A program made the translations under genes and the position numbers. DNA of 55,477 nt, filler included, from Mobula hypostoma (lineage: Eukaryota): assembly GCF_963921235.1 (NCBI RefSeq). It is 4 parts of 3 records of this genome, joined end to end, with 100 filler letters (N's around TTAATTAATTAA, not from the genome) between each part and the next. Parts side by side here need not be neighbours in the genome. Positions count along the whole stretch, not along the records: positions 27,857 to 55,477 come from NC_086109.1; 3 more parts are not named here. One strand, written 5' to 3'. The stretch's first letter is position 1, and each line of letters opens with the position of its first letter. Shown here one piece after another: positions 36,640 to 48,638 of the stretch. The notes beneath the pieces are model-generated. The model did not search any database and was not told the origin of the DNA. It worked only from the letters and a program-made list of their open reading frames with translations.

Positions 36640-37760
36640 CAGATCTTGGCCAATGATCTTGGCATTCAGGATGAGGTAGTTAATTGGATGATACATTGGC
36701 TTTGTAGCGGAAGCCTGACAGTGGTAGTAGATGTCTGCCTCTCTGACTGGAGGTCTGTGACATGTGCTGTGCCACAGGGATTGGTACTGGGTCCTTTGCT
36801 GTTTGTCATCTATATCAGTGATCTGGATGATAATGTAATTAACGGCATCAGCAAATTTACAGATGACACCAAGATTGGGACAATGAGAGATTTGTATCTA
36901 CTGGATAAATGGGCTGAAAAATAGCAGATGGGATTTAATGCAGGCAAGTGCGAGGTTTTGCACTTCAGAAGGACCAGCCAGGGTAGGTCCTACACAGTGA
37001 ACAGTAGGGCAATGAGGAATTATGTTAGAACCAAAGGATCTGGGAATACAGGTCCATAATTCATCGAAGGTGGCATCAAAAGTTGCTAGGGTCATAAGAA
37101 AGCTTTTAGCACTTTGGCCTTCATAAACCAAAAAAAAACAAACTGTTGAGTACAGGAGATGGGTGGAGTGTTATGCTGGAGTTGTTTCAGATATTGGTAA
37201 GGTATAATCTGGATTCTTGTGTGCATCTTTGGTCACCTACCTCCTGGAAAGATGTAAATAAGAGTACAGAGAACTGTAAAAGAAGAGTACGGAGAAAATT
37301 GACATGGATGTTGCTGGATCTAGAGGTCCTGAGCAATATGGAAAGATTGAATAGGTTCAGATTTTTTTCCTTGGAATGGAGAAGATTGACAGATTTATAG
37401 ATGTATACAAGATTATGAGGGTAAAGATAGGGTATATGCAAACAGGCTTTTTCCACTGAGGTTGGGAGGGACTACAACTAGAAATCATGGGTTGTGGGTT
37501 AATGGTAAAAAGGTTAAGGGGAAAAAGAGGGAAAAGAAAACCTGTTCAGTCAGATGGTTGTGAAAGTGTGGAATGAGCTGCAGCGTAAGTGGTGCACGTT
37601 AACTCAATTTCAACATTTAAGAGAAGTTTCGATAGGTACGTGGATGGTAGGAATATGGAGGGCTATGTTGCCAGTGTAAGTAGATGGGAATAGGCAACTT
37701 AAATGTCTTGGCATAGACTAGATGGACCAAAGGGCCTGTTTGTGTACGGAACTTTTCTAT
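36640..37760 (+). mobile_element. Degenerate CR1 RT and 3' end
   Basis: AVPQGLVLGPLLFVIYISDLD, KFTDDTKIG, and 3' UTR remnants. Confidence 0.8.
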
Positions 37761-38706
37761 GACTCGATGACATGGTGGAGGGGTCAGCCAACAATCTGTC
37801 CAGCAGTCATCTTTGCCAATAATGGCCTGTGTGATATTTACACATGAAGGCAATCCCGAGATCAGACAATGACAAAGGATGCCTTGAATTTGTTTTTCTG
37901 GTGGAGGAGAGTATTCATGATGATAAGACCGTGCTCAGGACATGTAGTGAGAAGTCGTTCATTTACTTTTATTCAGGACCCAGCATTACTTTCCATTGAT
38001 CAGTGTCCTTAAGATCTTTGTGCAGTGACGATAATTGTGCTCAATGTGAATAATATTGCAGTATTACTCTGTGTAATAATATTCCTGAATATATGAGGAA
38101 AATGTGTGCCTGTCTGAAATGAAATCTGCAGATGATGGAAATAGTCAACAGGTCAGCCAGCAACTACAAGGAGAATAACAAAGCTAATATTTCAGGTCAA
38201 TGTTTTTCAATAAAATCATTCCATTGGGATATCATGATCTGAAGATTATTTGATTCCCTCTCAAAAAAAGTTTCAAACCACTGACACACAAAGGAAAATC
38301 TAGTACCCTGAATTTATGAGTGAAATTATATTCTAAACAGAACAAATGATATATTTTTCTGTGAAAACAAAATTTAATGAAGAAGCATTTTCATTCATAT
38401 ATTAGGAATTGTTTGTTGAAATAAACAACAGGAAGACAGTAATTTGAATCTATTGAACAGATTTTAACATGGAAAAGGATCTCTTGTTTTCCAGGCATAT
38501 ATGACAAATAAACTTTTCTCTGGTTTCAATCAGGTACAGGTATCAATTACAGCTGACATTTTGATAACAAAATCTGCCAACTCCAGGGATGATGAAGAAG
38601 ATGGCAGAGTTTGTCATCGAAATATTGGTTATCATCGATTCCTGTACCTGGATGGAAGCCCGAGAAGAGATATTAACATGGTAAAAGAATTTTGAGCAGT
38701 TCATGA

Positions 38707-38730
38707 TCATACAAAGCTTACAAATTGATG
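38707..38730 (-). CDS. Candidate terminal coding exon of the CD300-like gene (HQFVSFV*)
   Basis: Pyrimidine-rich ...AAACCCAG| acceptor in phase 0, matching the TM-exon donor; minus-strand AATAAA near 37970. An alternative acceptor at 39396 gives TELCEVLT*. Confidence 0.3.
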   Translation of the reverse strand, partial: HQFVSFV

Positions 38731-39055
38731 CTGGGTTTATGCAGGAAATCAAGAGACAATGTCATAATATTCAGATCAGTGTGGGTGAAGTGTTGCGAGC
38801 AGATTTCTATTAAGCAAGACCACCATCTTGAAGCATGATAAGATTATTTTGTTCGAATTCACCTTCTGCAATGCAATTCTGTGATATAATAACAAGAGAT
38901 CAATTCTCTACAGGGCGGATGAGTAATGAATACTTAATCTTGGTGCAACACTCCTCCACGATCAGTGTTATCTGGGATCCTTCTCTTTTTCTCTTGGACC
39001 AGTCTGCGAGGATCTGATTGATCAGATCTCTATAAAAGCAAAAGTGAAATTATCA

Positions 39056-39224
39056 AACAACAGGAATTCTGCAGATACTGGAACTTCAAGCAACACACAT
39101 CAAAGTTGCTGGTGAACGCAGCAGGCCAGGCAGCATCTCTAGGAAGAGGTACAGTCGACGTTTGAGGTTGACTGTACCTCTTCCTAGAGATGCTGCCTGG
39201 CCTGCTGCGTTCACCAGCAATTTT
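39056..39224. mobile_element. Fold-back Penelope-like insertion
   Basis: Inverted arms; 15-bp TSD AAAGTGAAATTATCA at 39041-39055 and 39225-39239. Confidence 0.9.
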
Positions 39225-40019
39225 AAAGTGAAATTATCAGATTTATTGACACAGGGAACCATGCAATACTGTATGATTCTATGTACCTGTGATGTTGTAC
39301 TCGTTGCACTGATGCATACACGTGCTTGTGCATTGGACAATAAAGTGGACGTTGACTTTGATTTATATTTCATGTGAGCACCTCGCATAATTCTGTCTGA
39401 AATTCAGTGTCCAATATATTTTCTTGTTGAGTACTGGACTTCATTCTACACATGGACAGAGTGTGAAAAGCTGCTTCCAGAATATCATCCTCATGCAGCT
39501 TTGGGTGGACAAAAGGTTAGACATTCATTTGTGAATGTTTTTTTACCTTTAAATAGCCAGCATATTTGAATGAATTTGGAGTGAAGAAGGATGGCAGGTA
39601 CTTTACATCGATAGAGGTGTACAAGATAAGAATCGTATATTGATTGCTTAGCCTGAGGCATTTTTGAAGGGCAGAAATGTCTAATATGAGGGGGAATAAT
39701 TCAAGGTAATTGGAGAAGCGCATCGCGGGAATGTCAGAGGGAAGTTTTTAAACAGAGAGATGTGGGTGCATGAAGGATCCTACCAGGGTTGGTGGTAGAG
39801 GCAGATACATTAGCGACATTTAAGAAACTCTTTCAAAGATGCATGGATCACAGAAAATTTGAAGGCTGTATAGGAGAGAAAGGATAGATTGATCCTAGAG
39901 TAGGTTAAGAGGTCAGCACAAAATGGTGGGCCAAAGGACATTTCCTGTGCTGTAATGTTCAATGTTCTATGTTCAAATTCATGGAAACCATTCGGGAGCA
40001 TCTACTGACCTAGACTTAC

Positions 40020-40110
40020 CTTTTTGTCTCCTGTGAACCATGTGACAGCGACTGTCCAGATCCCCAGCAGAGCAAAGAACAGCCAGCGTCCCACTTTCCA
40101 TATCATGTAA
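40020..40110 (-). CDS. CD300/CMRF35/pIgR-like receptor, transmembrane exon
   Basis: CCCCTTTGTTCAG| acceptor (phase 2) and AAG|GTAAGT donor; encodes (S)YMIWKVGRWLFFALLGIWTVAVTWFTGDKK; frame fits the stalk exon. Absent from the ORF track. Confidence 0.8.
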
Positions 40111-40669
40111 CTGAACAAAGGGGAAGAGACACTGAATCAATGGGAGAACAGGAAACATCTTGGGGTTTGAAATATTTACCTGGTTCCTCTGTGAAATTAG
40201 TGAAGTGGAGCAGTAAAAGCAGCAAGGCCAGGGAAGTTCAGCTGGGAGATTAATCTCATGCTGGACTGAGGGAGGGAAGATGACCTATGATCATCATTTG
40301 GAGACATAATTGTGGAAACACGACTTCAGGTACTGTATGATGCAACAGTAGATAATGGAGATAGATTTAGAAATGGCAGGGAAGGAAATAATGAGGTTGG
40401 GTAACGATGAGCCTGGGGACAATATAATGTCATTGACATGATCCAATGATTAACAACAGTCAGCTGTACCATTGGGTTAAATTCCTGCCACTATTTGTAA
40501 AGAGTTTGTACATTCTCCCTAAAACTACATGAGGTTCCTTTGGGTGCTCCAGTTTCCTTCCATATTCCAAAGACATATGGTTGAGAGTTAGTCGCTTGAG
40601 GGCATACTCACTCATAACACCATGATTAAAGAGACCATGAAGGGAATTTGCAAGTTTGAGTACTTAGAG

Positions 40670-41277
40670 CAGGGGTTCCAAACTTTTTTATGGTCACCAA
40701 ATTACAGGAAGGATATTAATAAGGTTGAAAGAGTGCAGAGAAGGTTTACAAGGATGTTGCCAGGACTTGAGAAACTCAGTTACAGAGAAAGGTTGAATAG
40801 GTTAGGACTTTATTCCCTGGAGCGTAGAAGAATGAGGGGAGATTTGATAGAGATATATAAAATTATGATGGGTATAGATAGAGTGAATGCAAGCAGGCTT
40901 TTTCCACTGAGGCTAGGGGAGAAAAAAAACAGAGGACATGGGTTAAGGGTGAAGAGGGAAAAGTTTAAAGGGAACATTAGGGGGGGGGCTTCTTCATACA
41001 GAGAGTGGTGGGAGTGTGGAATGAGCTGCCAGATGAAGTGGTAAATGCAGGCTCACTTTCAACATTTAAGAAAAAAATTGGACAGGTACATGGATGAGAG
41101 GTGCATGAAAGGATATGGTCCAGGTGCAGGTCAGTGGGACTAGGCAGAAAAATGGTTTGGCACAGCCAAGAAGGGCCAAAAGGCCTGTTTCTGTGCTGTA
41201 ATGTTCTATGATTCTATGGTTCTATGTACCAATACTATTAAGCAAGGGGTCCATGCACCACAGGTCGTGAACCCCTG
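40670..41277. mobile_element. Short hAT-type MITE interrupted by a CR1 3' fragment (~40691-41226, +)
   Basis: TIRs CAGGGGTTC / GAACCCCTG; 8-bp TSD ACTTAGAG (40662-40669) / ATTTAGAG (41278-41285); inserted CR1 closely similar to 26838-27380. Confidence 0.8.
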
Positions 41278-43031
41278 ATTTAGAGGATAAATCAACCAGA
41301 ATGTGTAGGGAAGTTAAGATGAAGTGAGCAACGTAAAATGCATTTTATGATGATAATAGAGAAGTTAACAAATAAGAAGAAAACCAAATATGTAAGGGAA
41401 AAGCAGATAGAACATAGAACAGTACAACCAAGTACAGGCACTTCTGCCCACCATGTTGTGCTGGCCCTTTAACCTATTTCAATATCAATCTAACACTTCC
41501 CTCCCACCTAGCCCTTCATATTTCCTTCTTCATGTGCCTATCTTAAATCTCCCAAATGTACTTGTCTCTACTAGTACCCCAGCAGCAAGTTCCAGTACTT
41601 GCCACTCTCTGTGTAAAAGACCTACATCTGATAACCCACCTATACTTTCCCCTTATGTCCCCTTATATTAAAGTTCAAAGTTCAATGTAAATATATACCT
41701 CACGATATACAACATTGAGATTCATTTTTCTTGTGGGCATAATCAATAAATCTATAGAATCATAACCATAACATAATCAATAAAAGACCACCAAACTTGG
41801 GTGTTCTGTCAGGGTGCAGAACACAGAAAACTGTGCAAACACATAAAGAAAGAAATAATAATAAATATATAAGCAATAACTATCAAGAACGTGAGATGAT
41901 GAATCCTTGAAAGTGGGAAAATTGCTAGCGGAAAAAAACCCAAGGAAAAAAGATGCTGATTGTTGAATCTACTAATACCTCCTATCATCTTATACACCTC
42001 TATCAAGTCACCTCTTAACCTCTTTTTGTCCAATGAGAAAATCCCTAGCTCACTCATCGCATCCTCATAAAATATGTTGTCTATACCAGGCAGCAGCCTG
42101 GTAAATCTCTTCTAAAGCTTTTCCATCTTTTCTATACTGAGGTGACTAGAACTGAACACAATACTCCAAGTGTGGATGAATCAGAGTTTTATAGAGTTGC
42201 AAATTACCTCAAGCCTCTTAAATTCAGTCCCACAACTAATAAAAGCCAACACACAATGTTCTTTGTTAACCACCCTATCAACCTGCATGGCAACATTCTG
42301 TTTATGTCTGGGGGAAAAGCTCTTTAGGCATACCAAGACAAGATAGGGAGGCAAACAAAAGATTCTAGGGTGACATCTACTATTGGACTGCCTGAGCCAA
42401 ATTGTCTTTCTACTTTAACATATCTTCAAGGTAACCCTATATTAATGCTGTGTAGTCCAGGGCAGTAATACTGACCTCACCTATGCCCACTCCCCAGGAA
42501 CATCTTTCCAGCAGATGCAGTGACCAGCAGTGTTACCTTAACCGACCATGAAATTTGCCATCAGGGTCACATCAGACTTGGTCATGGCAAGGCAAAGCAG
42601 CTTTGCTGAGATTTGACAAATACAACCGACATCAAGCCGTACATCCTCTAAGGGGTGGCAAAGGGAGGAATCTGCTCTTATTTCTCAACGAGCAAAGCAG
42701 CCGGATGCAAATCCAGCACTGTTTCCATTTTGATAAGTGAGATTCTAAAATAACACTTTCAACTTTCATGTTTAAATCAACACAAATATTTACCTTGGAG
42801 CCTCAGGATTGAAATGTGTGAGAAAGAGCAGTGTATAGGCCTCTCCCATTATTTCAGTATGTTTGAAGTCAATACTCTCACAGGTACAATGCCAGCAAAG
42901 AAAGGTGAGTGTACCACCCTCCTCCTGCCCCTCCCATTCCCCACTCTCCGCAAGCCATCACTACCAATAAGATCACATATCTTGCACGGCAGTAGTGTCA
43001 ATCAAAACGTTGACAAATGAGAACATTGTAC

Positions 43032-43308
43032 CTTTTGGCAGAAATGGATTGTATGTTTTTTTTTCGAGTATCATTGACTCTTATTTCTGAAGTTTCAGAA
43101 TGTGAAGTCCTCGTTGAATCTGTTACAGAAGTTTCAGAATGTGAAGTCCTCGTTGAATCTGTTACAGAAGTTTCGGGATGTGAAGTCCTCGTTGAATCTG
43201 TTACAGAAGTTTCAGAATGTGAAGTCCTCATTGAATCTGTTACAGAAGTTTCAGAATGTGAAGTCCTCACTGATTCTGTTACAGGAGTTTTAGAACTGTA
43301 TCCAGATT
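43032..43308 (-). CDS. CD300-like receptor, Ser/Thr-rich mucin stalk exon
   Basis: CTCTACAG| acceptor (phase 1) and AAAAG|GTACAA donor (phase 2); 277 bp, frame compatible with both neighbouring exons; (E)SGYSSKTPVTESVR(TSHSETSVTDSxR)x4 TSHSETSE...SAK. Confidence 0.8.
43089..43283 (-). repeat. Coding 39-bp minisatellite, 5 units (13-aa TSHSETSVTDSTR)
   Basis: Direct reading; units differ by 0-4 nt. Confidence 0.95.
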
Positions 43309-45480
43309 CTGTAGAGATAAGGAGAGAAAATCCAGTTTCAACAGCTTCCCTGTGCAAGTAGATGAGAAGATAGCTTGCAGAATAATGACGGCAAATCCGT
43401 CGATGTTGTGTGTTTGGATTTCCAGAAAGCTTTTGATAAGGTCCGACATGATGGATTAGCATGTCAGATTAAAGCAGGTGGATTAGAGGACTAATATGGA
43501 TAGAGAACCAGTTGACAGACAGAATTCAAACAGCGGGAATGAAGAGCTCTGCTTTTGACTGGCAGCGAGTTTATAGAGGAAAACTGTTGTATTCAGTGCT
43601 GGAAACCCAACTCATCTCATTGTACATTAACAGCACAGTCCAGGGGAATTAAATGTAATATATCAAGTTTGCAGAGGGCACAAAGCCGGGTGACAACGTG
43701 TACTGTGAGGAGTTTCTTAAGCATGATTTGGACTGATTCAAAGAATTAGCAAATGAATGGCAGATGCATCATTCTGTAGACAAATGTGAAGTGATCCACT
43801 TCAGTGTGAGCAGTCTTAGCTCAAAGATTTCTGCTTATTTTAGAGTACAAAAAACATACAAATATTAATCAATCCAAATAAAGAGCTGAGAAATGATGCT
43901 GGAGGGAAATTAATGCTAAAGGGTGTGATACAAAGGAATAAAAAGAAATGAAATACTGTATAGTGCTTCTGAAAAATCCACTACTTTTATAGATGAGATA
44001 AAGAAAATTCCTTAGATAATGATGAATTATTTGATAATTAAAGCAATTACATCATGATGTGCTAATACTTAGCCAATGAAAAATGACAAAAGTGATTAAC
44101 TATTTGTTTAGTTGCTATACCTCTTTCTCCCAGTGAGATTGCCAGTATTTGCTCTGATGGTCAGATATCTGTCACATGTTTGGAGGGTCTTGAGAGAAAG
44201 TGTTTGGTTTCTGCGACCTGCTTCAGCAAGGGAGTACTTTGGTGCTGCTGTTTGCATGGAGGCAGTGGGTGAAGCCCAGAAGTATCAGGAAGGTGGATGT
44301 CCACACAAAGGAGCTGGAGGAACTCAGCAGGTCAGGTAACATCTCTGGAGGAAAATGCACGTGTGATGTTTCTGACTGAGATGCTTCACCAGGACTGGAA
44401 AGAATGAGGGGAGAGGATTGAATAAAAGGGTGGGGAGAGGAGGAGGAGCATAAGCTGACAGGTGATAGGTGAATCTAGGTGAGAGGAGGAAAGTAGGAAG
44501 GTGCGGTGGGGCAAAAGAATAGTATGATAAATTGGGAGGTGATAGGCGGTAGAGGCAAAGGGTTAAAGATAGAGGAATTTGAGTGGAAAGGACAGTAGAC
44601 CATGGAATAAAAGAAGAAGATGTGGGCACAAGGGCAGTGGAGGGGAATGACAAGGAGTAAAAGGGCAAGATGGATAAAGGAAAACAAAAGGATTCTAATG
44701 GGACAAGATCTCATCAGATTTCACTTAATCTGATTCCCACCGGTAATGAGTGGATGAAGAGGCTGGATGTTTCGGAGTGGATGGTCAGTGGGTTCTGGGG
44801 GTGGGGGCTCAGAGCACACTTATGGGGATACAGATGGGTGGGAGCTAGGAGGGACTGATTGATCCCTGAGATAGGCCATTGGTTGGACTGGCCTACTTTA
44901 GAAGAATTAAATGCAATCTGTTGAGTTATGGGAAATGATTCCCTTTTTATAGTTTTCAGGTAATTATCTAATGAGCAACAAATTTCTTTCTGATCTGTTA
45001 CGGTCGGATTGTTAGTTTTAGTCTGAATACAAACCTCTGACAGATTGGCATTTCATACAGTTCAGAGGCAGGAAAATTGTGATCAGCCTCCCACTGGAAA
45101 TCGGTGTCCATTCAGTGGGTGAGAACAATGAGTGGGGTTTCCCTGACACCTGCCCACTCCCCTCAGGACTCAACACTGCAGTGGACCCTCAGAACATGAG
45201 AGCTGTCCTGACCCTTCGCAGTGAAGAAACAGATCAGATATTTAAATGGGGACAGCAAGACAATCCCTGATAAATATACCGCCAGTTACTTTTAGATATA
45301 TGTGGAATATTGGATTGGGTGAGATCAACATGCATGTGGTTTCCAACTCCAGCCCATTCCTCGTAGAAACCTGTAACTGCTATGGAGCTTTTGGATATCA
45401 ATGCTACCCTGACTGTTCCCAAAGAAAACTTGGATTAGATATTTCAGTGGAGACATAAAATCAATCACTGAGAAACTTAC

Positions 45481-45801
45481 CATCAGATACTTCTAGATGT
45501 ACATTAAATCTTGGATCAGAACCTTGTGTTATAATTCCACAGCTGTACCATCCTGTATCTCCAGAATGAAGATCCTCCATAGTAACAGTAAATATTCCCC
45601 GTTCTGGGTTATCTGTGATTGACACTCGTCCTTTCCGTCTGTGTTGCCCATTTGTTTCCACTACAACTGAACATTGGTGAATCCATCCATCGCACCAATA
45701 CTTTGTGTTTGAGTGGTACTTTGCTTCATAGTGGCAATCGATAGTGATCGCTCTTCCCACAACTCCGTTTACATATTTATTTGCCTGCAATGCACCTGAA
45801 A
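45481..45801 (-). CDS. CD300/CMRF35/pIgR-like receptor, V-set Ig domain exon
   Basis: CTCCTCAG| acceptor and GATG|GTAAGT donor, 321 bp, phase 1-1. ITIDCHY, KYWCDG...QC (second Cys pair typical of the CD300/pIgR family), GRVSITD, FTVTMEDL...DTGWYSCG. Leader exon not found. Confidence 0.9.
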
Positions 45802-48166
45802 CTGAGGAGAATATGCTTCCATAAATCAGAATTAGGTTAAATATCATCGGCATATATTTTGAAATTTGTTAACTTGTGGCAGTAGTACAATGCAATGCAG
45901 GATAATATGGAACCATAAAACTGTGAATTGCAGTAATTATATATATTGAATAGTTAGATTAAATATGAGTGAAGAAACAGAAATAAAAATAAGTGAAGTA
46001 ATACAGTAATATATACACACATACACATATATACTGTATACTGTAATTGTTTAACTTATTTATTTATTAGTGCTGAGAGTTGAAAAAAGAAGGCAACTTC
46101 CAACAGGTGTTTTTTGGATCGGGACAAGAAGGGCAGCGTGAGAGCTAAATTCTGAAGGAAGGCAGTTTTAAAAAAAATTTCGCGTACAAGAAGGACGAGA
46201 CTGTGCAGGTGTGTGACGTAGACAGGACAGCACAGAGAGTTTAAAAAGAAGACCACCCTATACAGCGGGCAATGGTCAGAGCGGGCAGCGGAGTGAATGG
46301 CAGCAGAGTGTAGGGCTTTGGCTCAACGGGCTTAGGCGGTAATGGGAAGAGGCGAGAACAAGGACCAACTCTTTTTTTACCCCTTGGTGAATCAGGTCGG
46401 ACAGACAGAGGAATAACAGGGCTCACACAGCTAACAGTACGAGCTAACAGTTTAAAAAGTTCGTGTGTTTGGTGAGGTAAGTGAGTGAGTAGACTTATTT
46501 TTCCTTGTTTCATTCCTGTAGAATTAGGTAGCATGTCTGCAGGGTTAGTGCTTTGTTCAGGGTATCAGATGTGGGTTCCTGGGAGACCTCCAGTCTCCCT
46601 GATGTCCACACCTGTGCCAGGTGCACCGAGATGCAGCTCCTCAGAGACCATGTTAGGGATCTGGAGCTGCAGCTTGATGACCTACTGCTTATTAGGGAAA
46701 GTGAAGAGGTGATAGACAGGAGCTACAGGGAGGTAGTTATCCCTATGCTACAGGAGTCAGAAAACTGGGTGACTGTCAGAAGAGGGAAGGAAAATGCCCA
46801 GATAGTGGTGAGCACCCCTGTGGCTGCCCCACTCAGCAACAAATATATCATTCTGGATGCTGTGGAGAGGGATGACCTGACAGGGGACGCCCATGGTGAC
46901 CGGGTCTCTGGCACTGAGCCTGGCGCTGTTGTGCAGGAGGGAAGGAGGGAGAAGAGGAATGCGGTAGTCATAGGGAATTTCATAGTCAGGGGAACAGACA
47001 GAAGATTCTGTGAGCCTGAAAGAGATGCCCGCATAGTGTGTTGCCTCCAGGGTGACAGGGTATGGGATGTCTCAGATCGGGTCCAGAATATTCCGAAGGG
47101 AGAGAAAGAGCAGCCAGCTGTCTTTGTACATGTTGGTACCAATGACATAGATAGGAAAAGAGAGAAGGTCCTGAAGAGAAATTTCTGGGAGTTAGGAAGG
47201 AAGCTGAGAAGTAGGACCTCCAGGATAGTAATCTCAGGATTGCTACTGTGCCACATACTAGCGAGGGCAAGAATAGTAGGATCAGGCAGATGAATGCGTG
47301 GCTGAGAGACTGGTGCAGGGGGCAGGGCTTCAGATTCTTGGATCAATGGGATCTCTTCTGGGGGAAGTATGACCTGTTCAAAAAGGACAGGTTACACCTG
47401 AACCCAAAGGGGACCAATATCCCGGTGGGAAGGTTTAATAGAGCTGTTAGGGAGGGTTTAAACTAATTTGGCACGGGGATGGGAACTGGAATGATAGAGC
47501 GGAGGAGGGGCAAAACAGAAATAAATCTAAGATAGTGAGCAGTAAAGATGTCAGGAAGGACAGGCAGGTGATGGGGCAAATTTGCAGCCATTGGGATGAG
47601 TTGCAGTGCAATAAAGTTGCAGTGCAATCAATGCAAAAAGTACCAAATACTAGACTTGAGGTGTTGTATTTAAATGCACGCAGCATAAGGAATAAGGTGA
47701 TGATCTTGTCATACAGCTACAGATTGGCAAGTATGATATTGTGGCCATCACTGAGACGAGGCTAAAAGGTGTATGCATCTGGGAGCAGAACATCCAAGGA
47801 TACATGGTGTATCGGAACGATAAGCGGGGTGGCGTGGCTTTATTGGTAAGAAATGATATTAAATCATTAGAAAGAGGTGACATAGGATTGGAAGGTGCAG
47901 AATCTTTATGGGTTGAGCTAAGAAATTGCAGGGGTAAAAGAACCCTGATGGCAGTTATGTACAGGCCTCCTAACAACTGCAGTGATGTGGACTACGAATT
48001 ACAACAGGAAATAGTAAAGGCTTGTCAGAAGGGCAGTGTTATGATAATTGTAGGAGATTTTAACATTCGAATCGATTGGGAAAATCAGGTCGGCACTGGA
48101 TCTCAAGAGAGAGAATTTGTAGAATGTCTACGAGATGGCTTTTTAGAACAGCTTGTTGTTGAGCCC

Positions 48167-48638
48167 TTGAAACTTCCGCTAATGCCCCACCTCCCCCTCG
48201 TAACTTCCGCTAATGCCCCACCACCCCCTCGTACCCCATCTGTTTTTTATTTTTATACACACATTCTTTCTCTCACTCTCCTTTTTCTCCCTCTGTCCCT
48301 CTGACTATACCCCTTGCCCATCCTCTGGTTCCCCCCTCCCTTGTCTTTCTCCCTGGACCTCCTGTCCCATGATCCTCTCATATCCCTTTTGCCAATCACC
48401 TGTCCAGCTCTTGGCTCCATCCCTCCCCCTCCTGTCTTCTCCTATCATTTTGGATCTCCCCCTCCCCCTCCCACTTTCAAATCCCTTACTAACTCTTCCT
48501 TCAGTTAGTCCTGACGAAGGGTCTCGGCCTGAAACGTCGACTGTACCTCCTCCTAGAGATGCTGCCTGGCCTGCTGCATTTACCAACAATTTTAATGTGT
48601 GTTGCTTGAATTTCCAGCATCTGCAGAATTCCTGTTGT
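48167..48638 (+). mobile_element. Penelope-like 3' fragment inserted in CR1 ORF2
   Basis: Reverse complement of 25876-26260; 14-bp TSD TTGTTGTTGAGCCC at 48153-48166 and 48639-48652; ~31-bp tandem duplication at its 5' junction. Confidence 0.9.
48506..48543 (+). ncRNA. Minimal type I hammerhead ribozyme in the PLE pLTR
   Basis: TAGTC / CTGACGA / A / GGGT-CTCG-GCCT / GAAAC / GTC^GACTG. Stem I TAGTC:GACTG, intact core, palindromic ACGT stem III. Predicted cleavage at 48538/48539. Confidence 0.7.

Noticed and set aside
43017-43361. Plus-strand ORF with VTEVSECEVLVES repeats
   Set aside because: Antisense shadow of the mucin VNTR; the splice sites support only the minus strand.
45802-45853. MPMIFNLILIYGSIFSS as a signal peptide
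   Set aside because: It lies in the intron upstream of a good CTCCTCAG acceptor; the true leader is expected on a separate exon that I could not locate.
46533-47466. CR1 ORF1 esterase as a functional or domesticated gene
   Set aside because: Frameshifted, and the GDS nucleophile motif is changed to GNF.
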